Below are positions 12,915-26,935 of a stretch of DNA of 64,000 bases, one piece after another. The stretch's first letter is position 1; each line of letters begins with the position of its first letter. Source of the DNA: Vicugna vicugna (Eukaryota); contig MU058065.1 of the NCBI GenBank assembly GCA_013265495.1, positions 6,138,302-6,202,301 of the forward strand, in the 5' to 3' direction. The notes under the pieces were generated by a model, which searched no databases, was not told the DNA's origin, and saw nothing but the letters and a program-made list of their open reading frames with translations. The position numbers and the translations under genes were made by a program.

Positions 12915-13120
12915 AGCTACCATTTATTGAGCAGTTCATGTATACCAGGGACTCTAATAAGTGCCTGACATTGAATCCTCACAGCATCATTTGAGGAAGA
13001 TACTGTTAACCCATTAGGAAATGTAGTCTTGAAGGGATTAAATGACTTATCAGAGGTTACACAGTTAATAAGTAACAGCCAGAATTTGAACCCAGACAGC
13101 TGAGTTCTGAACTGCATTAT
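12915..13120 (-). mobile_element. MIR SINE
   Basis: ctaccatttattgagc...gaagggattaaatgacttatcagaggttacacag...agaatttgaacccagacag. Confidence 0.75.
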
Positions 13121-14331
13121 TGTATACATTACTGAAAACATTTTCCAGGAAGGATGTAAAATCATTCTTTCTTATCTTCCACTGTGACCAGTCTTCTCCT
13201 GTGACCCTTTCAGGAGGCTGTTCTACTCTCCATTGGCTCTTCAAGATGGGAGCCTTGGAGGACTCCAGGTCTTATGCCCAGGCCTTTACCTGCTGGCAGA
13301 GTCTGAGAGCTCCACCAGGGCTCATTCCCTGTTGCTGATAACTTTCTTTACCTCCAGACCAGTGCCACAGTCTGTGCCCTCAGGGTGACTGTCATTGAAG
13401 TGAATTGGGAACTATGTAAAAACAATCTGTCAGGTGACTCACTTTGTTCTTTAGTTTCATTGGCATAATTTAGATAGCCAGATTTCAAGGTATGAGGCCA
13501 TGTGGAAAATGGAAAGACTTCAGCAGCAAGCTAGGAGGAAAAAAGGGTTCTTCATCCTCAGTAATCCCCCTGCCCTAAGAGCACAGTTTCAAGAGCAGGC
13601 ATTTTTAATCAGAGGGTGATCAGGGGTTTGTGAATCCCCTAAAATTGTAAGTAAAATCCTAAGAGCATATATATGTATTTCTCATGTTCTCAAAAGAACC
13701 TGTGACTTTTTAAAGAGTTTAAGTTACAGTATGCCCAATGACCTCCCCACCTACTGCCTCCTTTATCCCCTAAGGTTGCTGCCCCCATGGGGATATGGCC
13801 CAAACACATCCTTAGAGAAACTGCTCCCTGAGGCTGAGGCCCTGCCTCAGGCAGTCTTGCCCTGAAACTCTTGCCCCTCAAAGCAAGGGGTGGTGGTTGA
13901 AAATCATTCATCCCAGGGCAACTCCAGGGAAATCCCTGCCTTGACAAATTGGCCTAGCTAGGCTCTATTCCAGCCCTGCCCCCTGGCTTGGGCCCCTCCC
14001 TGAGGCCCCCAGCTTGGCCCAACCCCCACTCTCTATACACATAAAAGGGTCGAATTCTCGTGGCTGCTCCATAAATTTTATTCCGTAAATATTAGTTTTC
14101 CCTGTGTTTAATAAAGCAGTGGCCCACCTCCCCGCCTACCCGCCCGCTCCCCGGGGCCGAGGCTGGGGCCAGGGCTGGCTGGTGGGAGAAGGGACTCTTT
14201 CAATTGCTTTGGAGTATTTTTAGAAAAAAAAATAATATAAGGTGGTTTACAGGAGCAAGCCAGCAAACCAGGAGCAGGACTAGAGACCTCGAGGAAGTTC
14301 CTGCAGAAACTTGACCTAAAAAGTAGAGAAA

Positions 14332-14350
14332 TAGCGCCACCTAGGCTGCA
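14332..14350 (-). promoter_or_regulatory. Candidate CTCF site between NHEJ1 and IHH
   Basis: Minus strand reads GCCTAGGTGGCGCTA, matching the 3' core of CCASYAGRKGGCRS with 5' mismatches. Confidence 0.45.
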
Positions 14351-17300
14351 AGGCATAGTTGGCCCTGCAGGCTGATTCACCCCCTCCCCCACAGTCAGCC
14401 AGGACAGGCACGCTCTTTACAGGGAGAGAAATCTTCACCCTTTAGTACTCCAATTGGGCAAGCACCTCCTCTCAGGCCTCACTGAGGGCTTTCCCAGCAA
14501 CCCTGAAAGCAGAGACTGAGCCAGGTCCTGAACACCCCACGAAGGTTGTTCTAGAACCAGTCAGCTGGTCTCCTAGATCAAGGCGTGTTTCCAAGGGATA
14601 ATACTTACTGAAAAGGGAGAAAGGAGCTTCTAGTCTCTGAATTCTGAGGATCTAGCCTTGGAGTCCCTAGGGTGTAGGGTGGCAAAGAGTGAGATCTGTG
14701 GTCCTGTGCTCTGGAGTTGGAAAGAATCTGTCCCTGTCAGACCAAGATCCTTCCACAGGTCTAATGCAGTTCACCTTTAGAGAGCACTTAGGGGAGGGAG
14801 AGATGCTCAAGTCTCCAGAATACTCAGCCCCACTGCTTCTTAATTTTATCCCGTGGTCCATCTGAACTCCCTTTTCTTGCCTTCCTGTTCGAAGCCCTTA
14901 GCTCCTCCTTCACCCTGGTCTGCTGGGAGATGAGCAGGAGCTCGTGTGTCATCCTTCGTACAGAGATGGCAGGAGTGGGGATGGAAAAGGCCATGCCTCT
15001 TCTTATCCGGGGTCTGGTCTCGTTCTTGACATTGTCACCAGGGGCATTTCCTTTTCTCCAATTATTCTGTCCTTCATTCCCTCCTATTCACTAGGAGGAT
15101 TTGCTCCAAAGAGTACTGGGGAAACCTAAAATCCCTTTAATTACCCTCCATCATGATGTGGTAAATTCACTTTATCTGTTCTGCCCACTTCCTCACTATT
15201 TGTACTATTAATATAAGCAGTGTTACCTACACATTTCCTCTGCACTTTTTGTTTTCTTCCTTACATTGGATTATACTCTTTGAGAACAGGGTCAGTTTTT
15301 AACACTAACTCAAAAAATATCACCATGGTGATATTATACTCCTGAAGGATACAACTTTATGTTAACTGGGTTTTCAGACAATCATGATATGCTTTTCTGA
15401 GCTCTGCCCAGAAGTATTTTTCTATCTTCTAATTTTCCTGAAGAAGAAACTGTTCAGAAGGAGTAAGTGACATTCTACAAGGAAGCCACCAAACTCAGAG
15501 CTCAACCCTTGATTCCTAGTCCCTGTTACCAACAAGAGTAAAGGTATGGACTCAAAGGATTGTAATGGGTTCTGCGAGGTACTTAGATAGAGAAATGCTG
15601 GAAGAGAAGGGAGCCCACACTGTGAGGGAGGGTTTTCCCTGGCTCCTGTGACCTGGAAACTGCTATGGGGTTTCTTGTTGAGGGCTTCTTAGTGCTGCAT
15701 TTTTCTTCCATGTTCTCTTGGACAGGGCTTCAGAAGATCCTACCCTGAGGGGAAACATTCAGAGAGGGGAGAGTGTGAGGTAAGCTTGTCTGTTTGTGAT
15801 GGGGAGGGACCCTGGGGAATCCTCTACTTGAGGATCTAGAAGCCTGTCTCTCCTCTGTCTTCCACCCCGGACCCATCAATGAGTCCTTTCTCATCTCCTG
15901 AGACTTTACTTTATGGTGGCCCCTTATGCTTCCCCTCAATTCTGAGGTCTCATTTTTCTACCTTGGCCCACGGGCAGTCATGAGGCAGCACCAAAGCAAA
16001 GTTCTAACAAAAGCCCCGTCTCTTCTAAGCTGTGAACTCCTACCTGCTCTCAGTTTCTCTTTCCCAGAACCCAACCAATTTTGCTGTACTTTTCACACCC
16101 CTGGACCCTTTGAGTGAGCGCTAGCCTCTCAGATCCTAACTCTCAGCTCCTAACTCTCATGGGTTCCTGAGAATGTGGGCCAGCCTAGGGGAACCCGGAA
16201 GAAGGACTGGAAGAACTCCAGGGTGTGGGAACTCCAGGGTGTGGGGAACGCACAGCCATTGACTCACCTGGGAATGTTGTGCCAGGGTACTCGTCCTGCT
16301 GGGCCCAGGGCCAGGAGTTAAAGGAGCATGCAGTACCATACTCTTCCTCCCTCCCCTCACTTTGGGGCCCAAAGCAGTGGCAGGGTGAGAATTGGGGAGT
16401 AGGCCTTGGGGGCTGCTGGAGACCCTTCTGAAATCTGGGTGTTGTATTTACTTTTTCATATTGGCAGCTGGAAGGGGAAGCCCATCCCAGCTCGGCATTG
16501 TTGTCTAACATGGTTAATCAGATCCTATAATCCTGCTGTGGAAATATTGGGCCTCACTCAAAACAATAGAGACCAAGAATATTGTGGTTAAATTTCAACC
16601 AGCTGCCTCCCTGGCCTGTTTGCCTAACCCCTACCCCCCTCTCCTGGGCCAGAGTCCTCCTGGCTTTATGGACCCCTGATAGGATCGACAGCCACTCAGA
16701 AATGGGTGACAGAAGAAGGGAGGATGGAGTAGGGGAAGGGTAATCCTCTTGACTGACACTCCATCCTGCCTCTCCCCTCCCACTCCAGGCCTTGAGAAGT
16801 GAGCAGGGGTTGGTGGGGGAGCCCCTGGGTCTGGGTGTGTGCTCAGGGGTCAAGAGCAGTACTGCTGGGAATCCAGGGTGGTAAGAGATTTCTTATTCAA
16901 GACAGAAAAGGACTCCTGCCAGATGAGAAGGAAAGACTGCAAGTTTCATTTACTACTGCTGCCTGGTGCTTCCAGGACACAAAGACATGTCAGTTGGTCA
17001 GATGTCACATATGGAAGGCACTGGTTGGGGGGAAGGGAAGCTGGTTACAAATATTTCTGTTTCATTAGTAACCTGATAAAACAGGAATATAAATAATACT
17101 CTAATAATGTAAGGTGATACTGATACCCCAACTTGAGTAATTTTCTGGTAGTGGTAAGGTCCATTAGGTTGCTCTGTTTAATAAGTACAAATTAACTGTG
17201 GCAGGGTAATTTATATAATTAGAATAGCAGGACAGAGGAAATAGATAAGCTATACAATGGCATTTTGAATAAAAAAAAAAGATGCAATGTCTGGATTGTG

Positions 17301-18589
17301 CTAAAGGGGAAAATTAACATGGCGATATGTCCAGGAAAAGGCAGAGACGTTCCTCTTGCAGATCTTAGGACACCCAGCCTGTGAAGTAGCCAACTTTGAG
17401 TTTGTACTTGGCTCTCATGCACCCAGGATGAACTGGGAACAAGTTGTCGCCACATTGCTCTTGGAGCTGTCACCAGTCAATGAGATGAAGTACAGTGATG
17501 CCCCAGTTCCAGCACTGTGGACTATTGAACGGTCAAAGTGTATGTGCATTTGTAGGATTTGAAGAATGAAAATAGCAGAACTGTGCCAAACGAAACTGTA
17601 TGTACTTAATCTCTTCATATAGAATGGGAATAGAGCAGCAGCAGAGGGCATTTAATGTTTCCTCCCTCAGGTGCTATGTGATGATTCAGGGACTAGCATT
17701 GCTCCTGTGGGTCATTCATCAAAGCCATTTTAAAGCAGGGGCTGCTTAGCGGGAACTGAGCTTCCCACCAGAAAGACATCTGGAAAATACCCTGGAAGTG
17801 AGACTCTAAGAGATGTGTACGCTTCTGGGTGGGAATCTCAAAAATACCTTAATAGCAGTCATCAAATGGAATTGAAGCAGGTATGAAACTGATAAAAAAA
17901 AATGATTTAAAGATGATGGAAAGCATTTCAACAGTTAAGGAACTTGGGGGAGAAAGAAGAAACTTGGGTAACTAGTGGGAAGAATTCAAGGTGAAGAAAA
18001 ATCCTCAGTGGAAGCTCTAAAGAATGAGCTATCTTCCTGATGAGGAAGGGGAATGTAAGAAACCAAGTTGATTTTGCTGTACATAGACTTGAACTGCAAA
18101 TGGGAAAGTCCAATAGGAACATTCCAGGTTTGTTGGAAATGTGTTGGGAATGTAGAAAAACCCACATTCAACAGGAGACAGGAATACTTAGACGTGTATT
18201 AACTCATATACATACTGACTGCTTACTCACTAACATTCCCGTTAACAGGGCCATCATGCTACTTGCTGTATTATGGCCACAGAGACGTATCTTTTGCTCT
18301 CAAGAAGTCTATGATCCAAAGATGATTCTTACAGCATAGATTTCCCCCTCCCCCAAAGTTTTTCAAGTGTGTGAAATAGAAAGAGCCAGGTATCTCTTTT
18401 TTTTTTAATTTAGGAGAATCCTACCGATAAACCCTGTCCTGTTACCTTTTACTTTTACTTAACTGTATTCTGTCCATATTTGCATGTCAATACATAAATC
18501 TCTTTAAAGGGTAAATTATCTTCACTCTGAGCTTCACAAAAAATTTGAAAAACACCCTCGTGATCAGGAAGTAGAAAGTCAAGCTTATT

Positions 18590-19095
18590 TACTACATTTC
18601 CCCCTTGCTGCTTCTTTGATCACACTGGTCTTGCTATTTCTCTAATATGCAAGCACGTTAGGGCTTTTTCTCTATGCGTTTCTCTCTGCCTATAACTCTC
18701 TTCCCTTAGGTATCTGCTTGGCTGAAGCCCTCGCCTCTTTAAGGTCTTGGCTTAAGTCACACCTTCTCAATGAGGCCTCCACTGGCCACCTTACTTAACA
18801 GAGTGACCTGCCTCCTGACCTTGCACCGCTCCCCACAAGCTGGCTTTGCTCTCAATCTTTTTACCCTGTTTTATGTTTTGTGTTCATAGTTCTTATTCCC
18901 TTCTAACATATCATATATTTTGCTTATTTGTATATTTATTTTTGTCTCCCCAGTGCTTCCCCACTAGAATACAGCTCCTTAAAGGCAGGAACCTTTGTGG
19001 TTTTTGTTTTTAGTATTTTCTCATATCTCAAGCACCTCACACAGTGTCTGGTACCTAGCTGATGCTCAAAAATACTTGTTGAGTAAATAAATGAA
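18590..19095 (+). mobile_element. L2 LINE 3' fragment
   Basis: ...caccttctcaatgaggcc...ccactagaatacagctccttaaaggcagg...acagtgtctggtacctagctgatgctcaaaaatacttgttgagtaaataaatgaa. Confidence 0.7.
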
Positions 19096-20022
19096 GAAAG
19101 ATTATCACCACACACACACACACCCCTCCACACCAGCAGTATCTTGAAGTGGTTTTAGAAATTTGTGGATATAAATGAATGTAATGCTTTTTGTTAGGGG
19201 CAACCAGTCATAAGGTGAGAGTGAGGTTAAAGACCTTTTTTGTTGTTGTTGTTGTTGTTAGCTACAATCGTAACAGAATGAATTTGTAATTTTGCAGCAA
19301 CTAGGAGCACAAGTTATTAAAAAGCAAGTGACTGTCTACCTTCTTGACTCTCTTTGGCTAAAGATCCCTGGCATCCTTTGGGTGTTATCTTGATCAAGAG
19401 AGACAGGTGAGAGAGAGTGAGTTGGCTAGTACAGATCCAGTTACAGAAAGCCGACAGGCATGTCAAAGCATCACTTGAGTATTAAAAGAGTAGAACCCCT
19501 TCCCCTCAGAACATTCACTGAACAAATATCTTCTCAGATTCTCATTAAGCAACTAATTTCTTCCCAAATAGAGACACGGGGGTGGAAATAAAGCCCTTTA
19601 GTTAGTCAACGTGTTATCCATATACAGAAATATATTTATATGTGTGTCTTTCGGTCTGCAAGTGTCTTTCTGTCTACAAGAGTTTCCCACAGTCTTTAGT
19701 CTCTGACTTGATGGGAAGATACTCTCTTTGTTACCAATTCTGCTACTTTTCCTACCTTTTCAAAGTCATCAAAGCAAGGTCTTTAATGCTTGAATCTCTC
19801 TGAAGTGCCTTGTAATGAGCTTATTGTTAGGGCAAAGGTAACTTGACATTCCCATTTCTAATCAATAGCCAGCTTTCAAAGCATTGTTAGTTTTGAGTGG
19901 CTCTAATTGGATCTCCAAATGTGTTCTGCGCTGATCAGAGGCTGGAAGGACAGGCATGCTTCTTTCACTTTTATATATGGGTGAAATCTGGTGGAGTTTC
20001 TAACCTCTTCAAAAAATCAACA

Positions 20023-20178
20023 ATAGAAATATATACAAGATCTTGTGGTAGCTCACAGCGGAAAAAAAAAATGACAATGAATATATGTATTTTCATGTAT
20101 AACTGAAAAATTGTGCTCTACACTGGAATTTGACACAACATTGTAAAATGACTATTACTCAATAAATAAATGTTAAAA
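20023..20178 (+). mobile_element. 5'-truncated L1 3' end
   Basis: L1 3'UTR-type sequence ending in AATAAA and a poly(A). Target-site duplication aaaaaatcaaca at 20011-20022 and 20179-20190. Confidence 0.75.
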
Positions 20179-23100
20179 AAAAAATCAACAGAAGTCAGAG
20201 CGATCCCAGCCAGTTGGGGAAATGGTCAGAGTATGAAGCTTAAGAGCCGAAGATGAAGATAACAAGAGTCTCTTAGATTTAGAAAGAAAATGAGTGACTT
20301 GAACAGAGGTCAACAACCCAGCATGCTTGCCCACCAATCACTCACCAAGAAACTGGATTATTATGGAGTCAACAGGCCTGGATTCCAACTTCAGCTTTCT
20401 CACTTACAAGCTCTGGACTTCAGTTCCTCATTTATAAAATGAAGATGGTTGTGTGAACTTCAGAAGGTTTTTGTGAAGGCTACATCTATTCTCCAGTATT
20501 ACTACTGGAAAAAGCCTGGCAGTGACCAAAAAAAAAGAGCCAAACTTTGTTTGATAGGTCTAATGGAATGGCTCAATTCAGAAGCTACCCAACATCAACT
20601 GCACAGTTAAGAACATAGACAGCCAAGAAATGACCAAGGTCCTTAGGCCCCAGTTTGGATTAAAAGTACTCCAAGGTCACTGCGATAGAAATTATGACAC
20701 TTCCAATCTCTGCCATTCTCTCCTCCTTCCTCCACTGAAGGAGATTGGACTGAAGCTGACCTAAATTTGACATTCAGATCTTGAATGGCTATTGTATCTT
20801 GAGAAAGGATTACAGATTTGGAGCAAAAAAGCTCTGGGTTCGAGTCTTGACTGTGGGACCATAGGCAAGGTACTTTACCTTTAGAGCTTTAGAGCTGTAG
20901 ATTGGTAAAATGAGAATAATAATTACTGTGCACAGAGGGTTACTGTGAAGATTCTAATAAGTGCTTAAAGTACCCGGTCATTGAGAAAAGACTAGATAAA
21001 TTTATTAGCCCGCCCAATCTGCTTCTCCCAGGACACACCCTGATCACTGCTCCTAAGTTAGCCAGGCAGAGGAGGATCTAGGTTTAGTGGACATAATCTA
21101 AACCAATGTTCCCCTGCTATAGAAGCACTCTGATGCTAAACTGTATCAGCACTGCATAAGTAATTCTTGTTTGATGCTGATCAGATCTTTACCAGAGATT
21201 TGTATTCTATAGGATCACAGTTTAAGAGGAGAAATGAGAGGAAGAATGGCAAAGTTAATAAATGGTTATAAGTTAGAACCTCTGGGAGAAGCTTAAAGAC
21301 ATTGTCTTTCACTTAGAGAACTAAGAAGACTGGAAATGAAATTAACAGTTCTTCAAGACCATGCATATGAGATTATAAGCAGGACAATGGTCCTCATCTG
21401 TAAGGCCAGAAGAACAGGAAAGGAGCTGATTTGTAAAGAGAGAGAGGATGAAAGAAAGATTGACTTGAAGGCAAAACTTCTCTAAAACAGTATTATTAAA
21501 CACTGAGATAGGTGATGATGGAAGCCTATGGGATTTTATTTTTTGGTCCTCTGAAAAACAGAGAGTCCCTATTTGTTTGGGTTGGGACAGGTACTGACCC
21601 GCTGAGTAGTGTGCCCAGGAAATCTAAGCAGGAGAGAGGGAAGGGGTGGGGAATATTGCAGGGATCATTCTTGAGCCCCAGAAAACGTGTAAAAGCACTT
21701 CAAAATCTTTCAAGAAAAAGAAGTAATGTTGGAGTAATCTGTGACTGGGAGACACAGAATCCGAATGCAAATATAAGATCGAACATGGGGTGTGGGGGGG
21801 AAGAACAGGCAAAGGGGAGCAAATGAAAAGACCCATTTCCAAGTGACAGTTATCCTTCCACCCTGGTGGAGCCATCCTAAATTCCCTTCTATGGGCCTCA
21901 GTTTCCTTTTCTGTCATATGATATGCTTGGATTAAGCACTCTCTATTGAGTCCCTTCCAATTCTAAATTTGTGTTCACAAAATTGATTCAGAGAAAATGA
22001 TGTGAGTATATCTGTGAAAAGCTTCCAACATCCAAAACCCAGGTTGTACTGAATGGGTGCATGATGCACAGAAAGAGATCCTGTATTGGTGAGGGCTCTG
22101 GGGCTCTGGGGTCAGAGGGAGGTGGGGGGGTTGAATCCCTCAGCCAGGAGCAAGTTGCTTTTCTTCTCTAACTTCAAAATCTTCATTTGTAAAATGGGGA
22201 TAATAATAGCTCATTTGTAGTTGCAAATTTAAATTAGATAATGCAAGTAGAATGCTTAGTATAATAATAGCTAGTAACTTCCATATATCAGGCACATAAG
22301 CATCAAAAAAAGAACTGTACCTATTAATTTTCTTGAAATGAGAATTTTTAAACTTTTTTATTTTTCACCCTTTTATTTCTGTCTCTGTTGAAGTTGTGGA
22401 AAATGTTGCAACCAAATCACATAGTTTGTTGTGGTGGTGGTGTTTGTTTTTAATACACTTGCCTTTTCTAGTTTTAACGGAATGAATCCAAATTCATTCA
22501 GCTTTCCTGAATGTCTTATTAAAATACACACACAACCCATGTTTACTTCTCTAGCTGCCTCCATGTGTTCGGCTGTCCTTCTTCATTTGTAAAGCTCAAA
22601 GAGTAATTATTTAGTAGCTTCTGTATGCCGGTGGCTCTCAATCGTTTTTTTGCATCTTAGCAAGCCCCTGCTCCTGCTATCTGTGCTGCCCTACTTTAAC
22701 GTGGTCAGTGGGGGTTCCTCCCGTATTCTGTTGATGTCACCATTATCCGCTCTTCTCTACACCTTGGCCTATTCCTTTGCAACTTCCTCTTTCTCCTTAT
22801 AACTGTGTTTCCAACTCAACAGTGTTTCTGGAGGCTTGATGCCCTACTGCCAGCTTCACACCGGGCGGCCGTGGGATGTGCACCGGGTTGATAAAGAATT
22901 CAGCTCCACCAAGCTGAGAGGGCGTCTCCTGGGCTAGGGTGGGGCACCAGGTTATGAGCGGCCTCCTGCCTTTTGGGTTTACTTCCCCGCAGGGGACACC
23001 GTAGGCGGCTATGCGGTCCGGCCACTGCCCCCCGCCCCTCGCGTCCGGCCGCGCCGTGGGTTGCGGTCTCTGTGGGGGTGGCAGCTCCTGTACGGGAGGT

Positions 23101-23691
23101 TAGCGCCTGGCGGGGCACCCCGGAGCCGCGGGGAGCCCAGAAGCTTGGCCAAGGCGGGGTGGGGCGCGTCCGGGCGGGGAGGGCAAACTCAGGCAGTGCA
23201 GGGGGCGCCGAGGGCAGCGGGCGGGCGTACGCGCGGCAGAGGAACGAGCGGGACGAGGGCTGGCTAGTGCCGGGGCCGCCCGCCCGAGGGGGAGGAGGCT
23301 GTGCTGCCCTTGCCGCAGGTTTGCTGTCGAGCGCACAGGAGGCAGGGACATGGGTAGGGTGCGGTCTGCGCGGGGCCCGAGCCCGGATCTCTTCCATTTC
23401 CCCTCTCACTCGGCCCCGGGCTGCGCCGCAGACGGCAGCAGCTCCCGCTCCGCCCCAGCCTCCTGGCCGCCGGGCCGGGCCAGCCGCGTTGCCAAAACAA
23501 ACGGGCCGGCCTATTTATTGGCGGCCGGCGAGCCGGGCAGCTCAGAGTCGAGGCGCCGAGGGGGACAGCGCGCCGCCACTAGCCAGGGCCTTGGGCCCCC
23601 ACCCCACACCTGAGTCCCGCCGGCCCTGCGCCGCGCCGCGTAGCCCATGGCGCCCCCACCTGGAGCCCCCCGGAGCCACCCGGACGCCTGA

Positions 23692-24321
<630 letters not shown>

Positions 24322-25293
24322 TAGCCGGTTGACGGTGGCCCTCTGCCCCGGAGTGCTAGCTGCTCAGGTCAGACGCGGCACCCGGAGGTACCTCTACCCG
24401 ACTGCCTCCTGCGCCTCCGGGACGCACCAGTTCCTCCCAGCCTAACCTTCCGCGCAGCTGCGCCCCTTTCATTTTGAGGTCATTCGGCACCCCTGAGGCG
24501 AAGACGCTCCGGGCACTGAGGGCCCCACTGTCCTATCCTCCCCGCGCGCTCTCGGTTCGCTGCGCTGCCTTCTCCTGGAGTAGCGTCCCGGCGGGGTCTG
24601 GGTTTAAGGAACAGCGGGAAATAGTAGAGCCAGGACGCGGAGATGGAAAATGGAACTTGCCGGACGAGCCCACGTGTCTGTTCCAAGAGCTGAGCGGCGC
24701 AGCTGCAGTTGAAGGATGGCGTGCCGGGCCACGGGCTCTGGGACTGGACTTGGGGGATCCCTAGGTTTGGTGGCGGGAATGGATTGAAAGAGAGGGGCTG
24801 GCATACCTGGCAGCCCCAAAGCAGAGCTAACGTTAGTCTCTACGTGCTCAGAACAGAACCGGAGCTCAGCCCAAGCTCCGGGAGGTATTGGGGGTGGGAG
24901 CACAAACTTTCTTCCCTGCAGCCGGGATCGCAAGGGAAGAGACCTACGTCCCCTTCTTTAGTAGTCTCCCCGGGGCTTCCACCGCAGGCAAACAGCCTAC
25001 TTTTCTAGGTGCTTTAGGAAGGGCAGCTAGACCACAGCCCTCAGCATGCACCCTGGCGCCGGGGCTGACCGACCAGTGTCGGGGCGAAGGTTGGCTGGTG
25101 GCCGGGCGGGCCAGGCGCCGAGGAATGCAGATAAGGATCCGGGCCACGGGCTGGGCAATCATTGACAGCGCGCGCCCGGGCTCTGGACCCGAAGGGGGGG
25201 GAGAGGGGCGGGGAGCAGGGGCCGCGGGGTGGACATAGGTGGGTGGCTGGAAGCCTGGCGGCAAGAAGCACGCAGAGTTCCTCCCCGGGCAGT

Positions 25294-25318
25294 GAGCGCC
25301 CCCAGCTAGATTGCAGCC
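25294..25318 (-). promoter_or_regulatory. Candidate CTCF site in IHH intron 1
   Basis: Minus strand reads TGCAATCTAGCTGGGGGCGCTC, a 12/14 match to the CTCF core. Confidence 0.45.
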
Positions 25319-26365
25319 TGGGAGGACCGACTGGGCCTTGAGTTGTAGCTGCTGTGGGCTCCTGGGAGACGGAGTCCAAGGGTCTGTGGGGCCCAGACTC
25401 TGAGGGATGAAGGTAGGTTGAGACATGGGCTGCCCACACTCTGCAGCACCTGGCACCTCAGAGTCAAGAACTGTAGAGGGGCCCCTTTTCCCCTACATCC
25501 CTTCCCCTAGTCAACTGCGGGGTCCCTTGGGCTCCAGGCATGCAGGGAGCCAGCACAGGCGATGATCTTTGTCGTCCTTCTCCCTGGGCGCAGCTCGACT
25601 CCCACTCCATGGGAGGTGGAGCGTGAAGTCGGCTCCCTGAGGTCAGACGCTGTTTCTCCCATCCCTTCCCAGAAATGGGCGGCTCAGAGGTGCGAGGGCT
25701 CTGAGCTCAGGGAGGTCCTAGGTTTATCAACGTTACCTGGGTTTATCAACCCCCAGCGCACCCCTTGCAGCTGCAAGTAGCTCTTAGTCGTCCTTCTCCT
25801 GGCCCCAGACCAGGAGCTAACCTTTACACCAGCTTCTGGTTCCCAGGCTGCTGCCTTCCCCACGTGGGTGCCGGCCAGTTTTGGATCATGAGGGTCCCAA
25901 CAGGAATGCTCTGTGGCGCCGAAGGATCCAGGCAGGCTTGGGATTCCCCTCCAACACACCCCCAGGCTGCTGAGGCGCTCCGCACCTGCCGCGCCCGGGC
26001 GCTTCGTGAGACAGCCCTGGGGCTACGGTGACACCTACTGGGCACCTCGAGCTTTGCACGCCAGCAGGTCGGCCGCAGGCAGTCAGTTCCCCTACCAACT
26101 ACCCTTACCCTCCAGGCTGCAGACAGTCCCTGGCCTGGTGCCACAGTGAGGCAGAGGGACCTGGCGCTCAAAAGGTGGAGCCCTGTCTGTGGAGGGATCA
26201 GTAACCTGAGAGAAGAGAGGGCACTTAGAGAAAAGCAGCCCAAGGATGAACGGATCGACGCGCCCTCCAGATTTGTGGCGCCACCGCGCTGTCCAGGTGT
26301 CTGGGGCAGTCGATGCTAGGATGGAAGCAAGCACGTGGAAGCACGTTAGGGTTCTCTGTTTCTGA

Positions 26366-26935
<570 letters not shown>

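Noticed and set aside
17200..21560. Possible ancient CR1/L3-type LINE remnants at ~17200-18200 and ~21100-21560
   Set aside because: Too degraded to call by eye; needs a Dfam HMM search.
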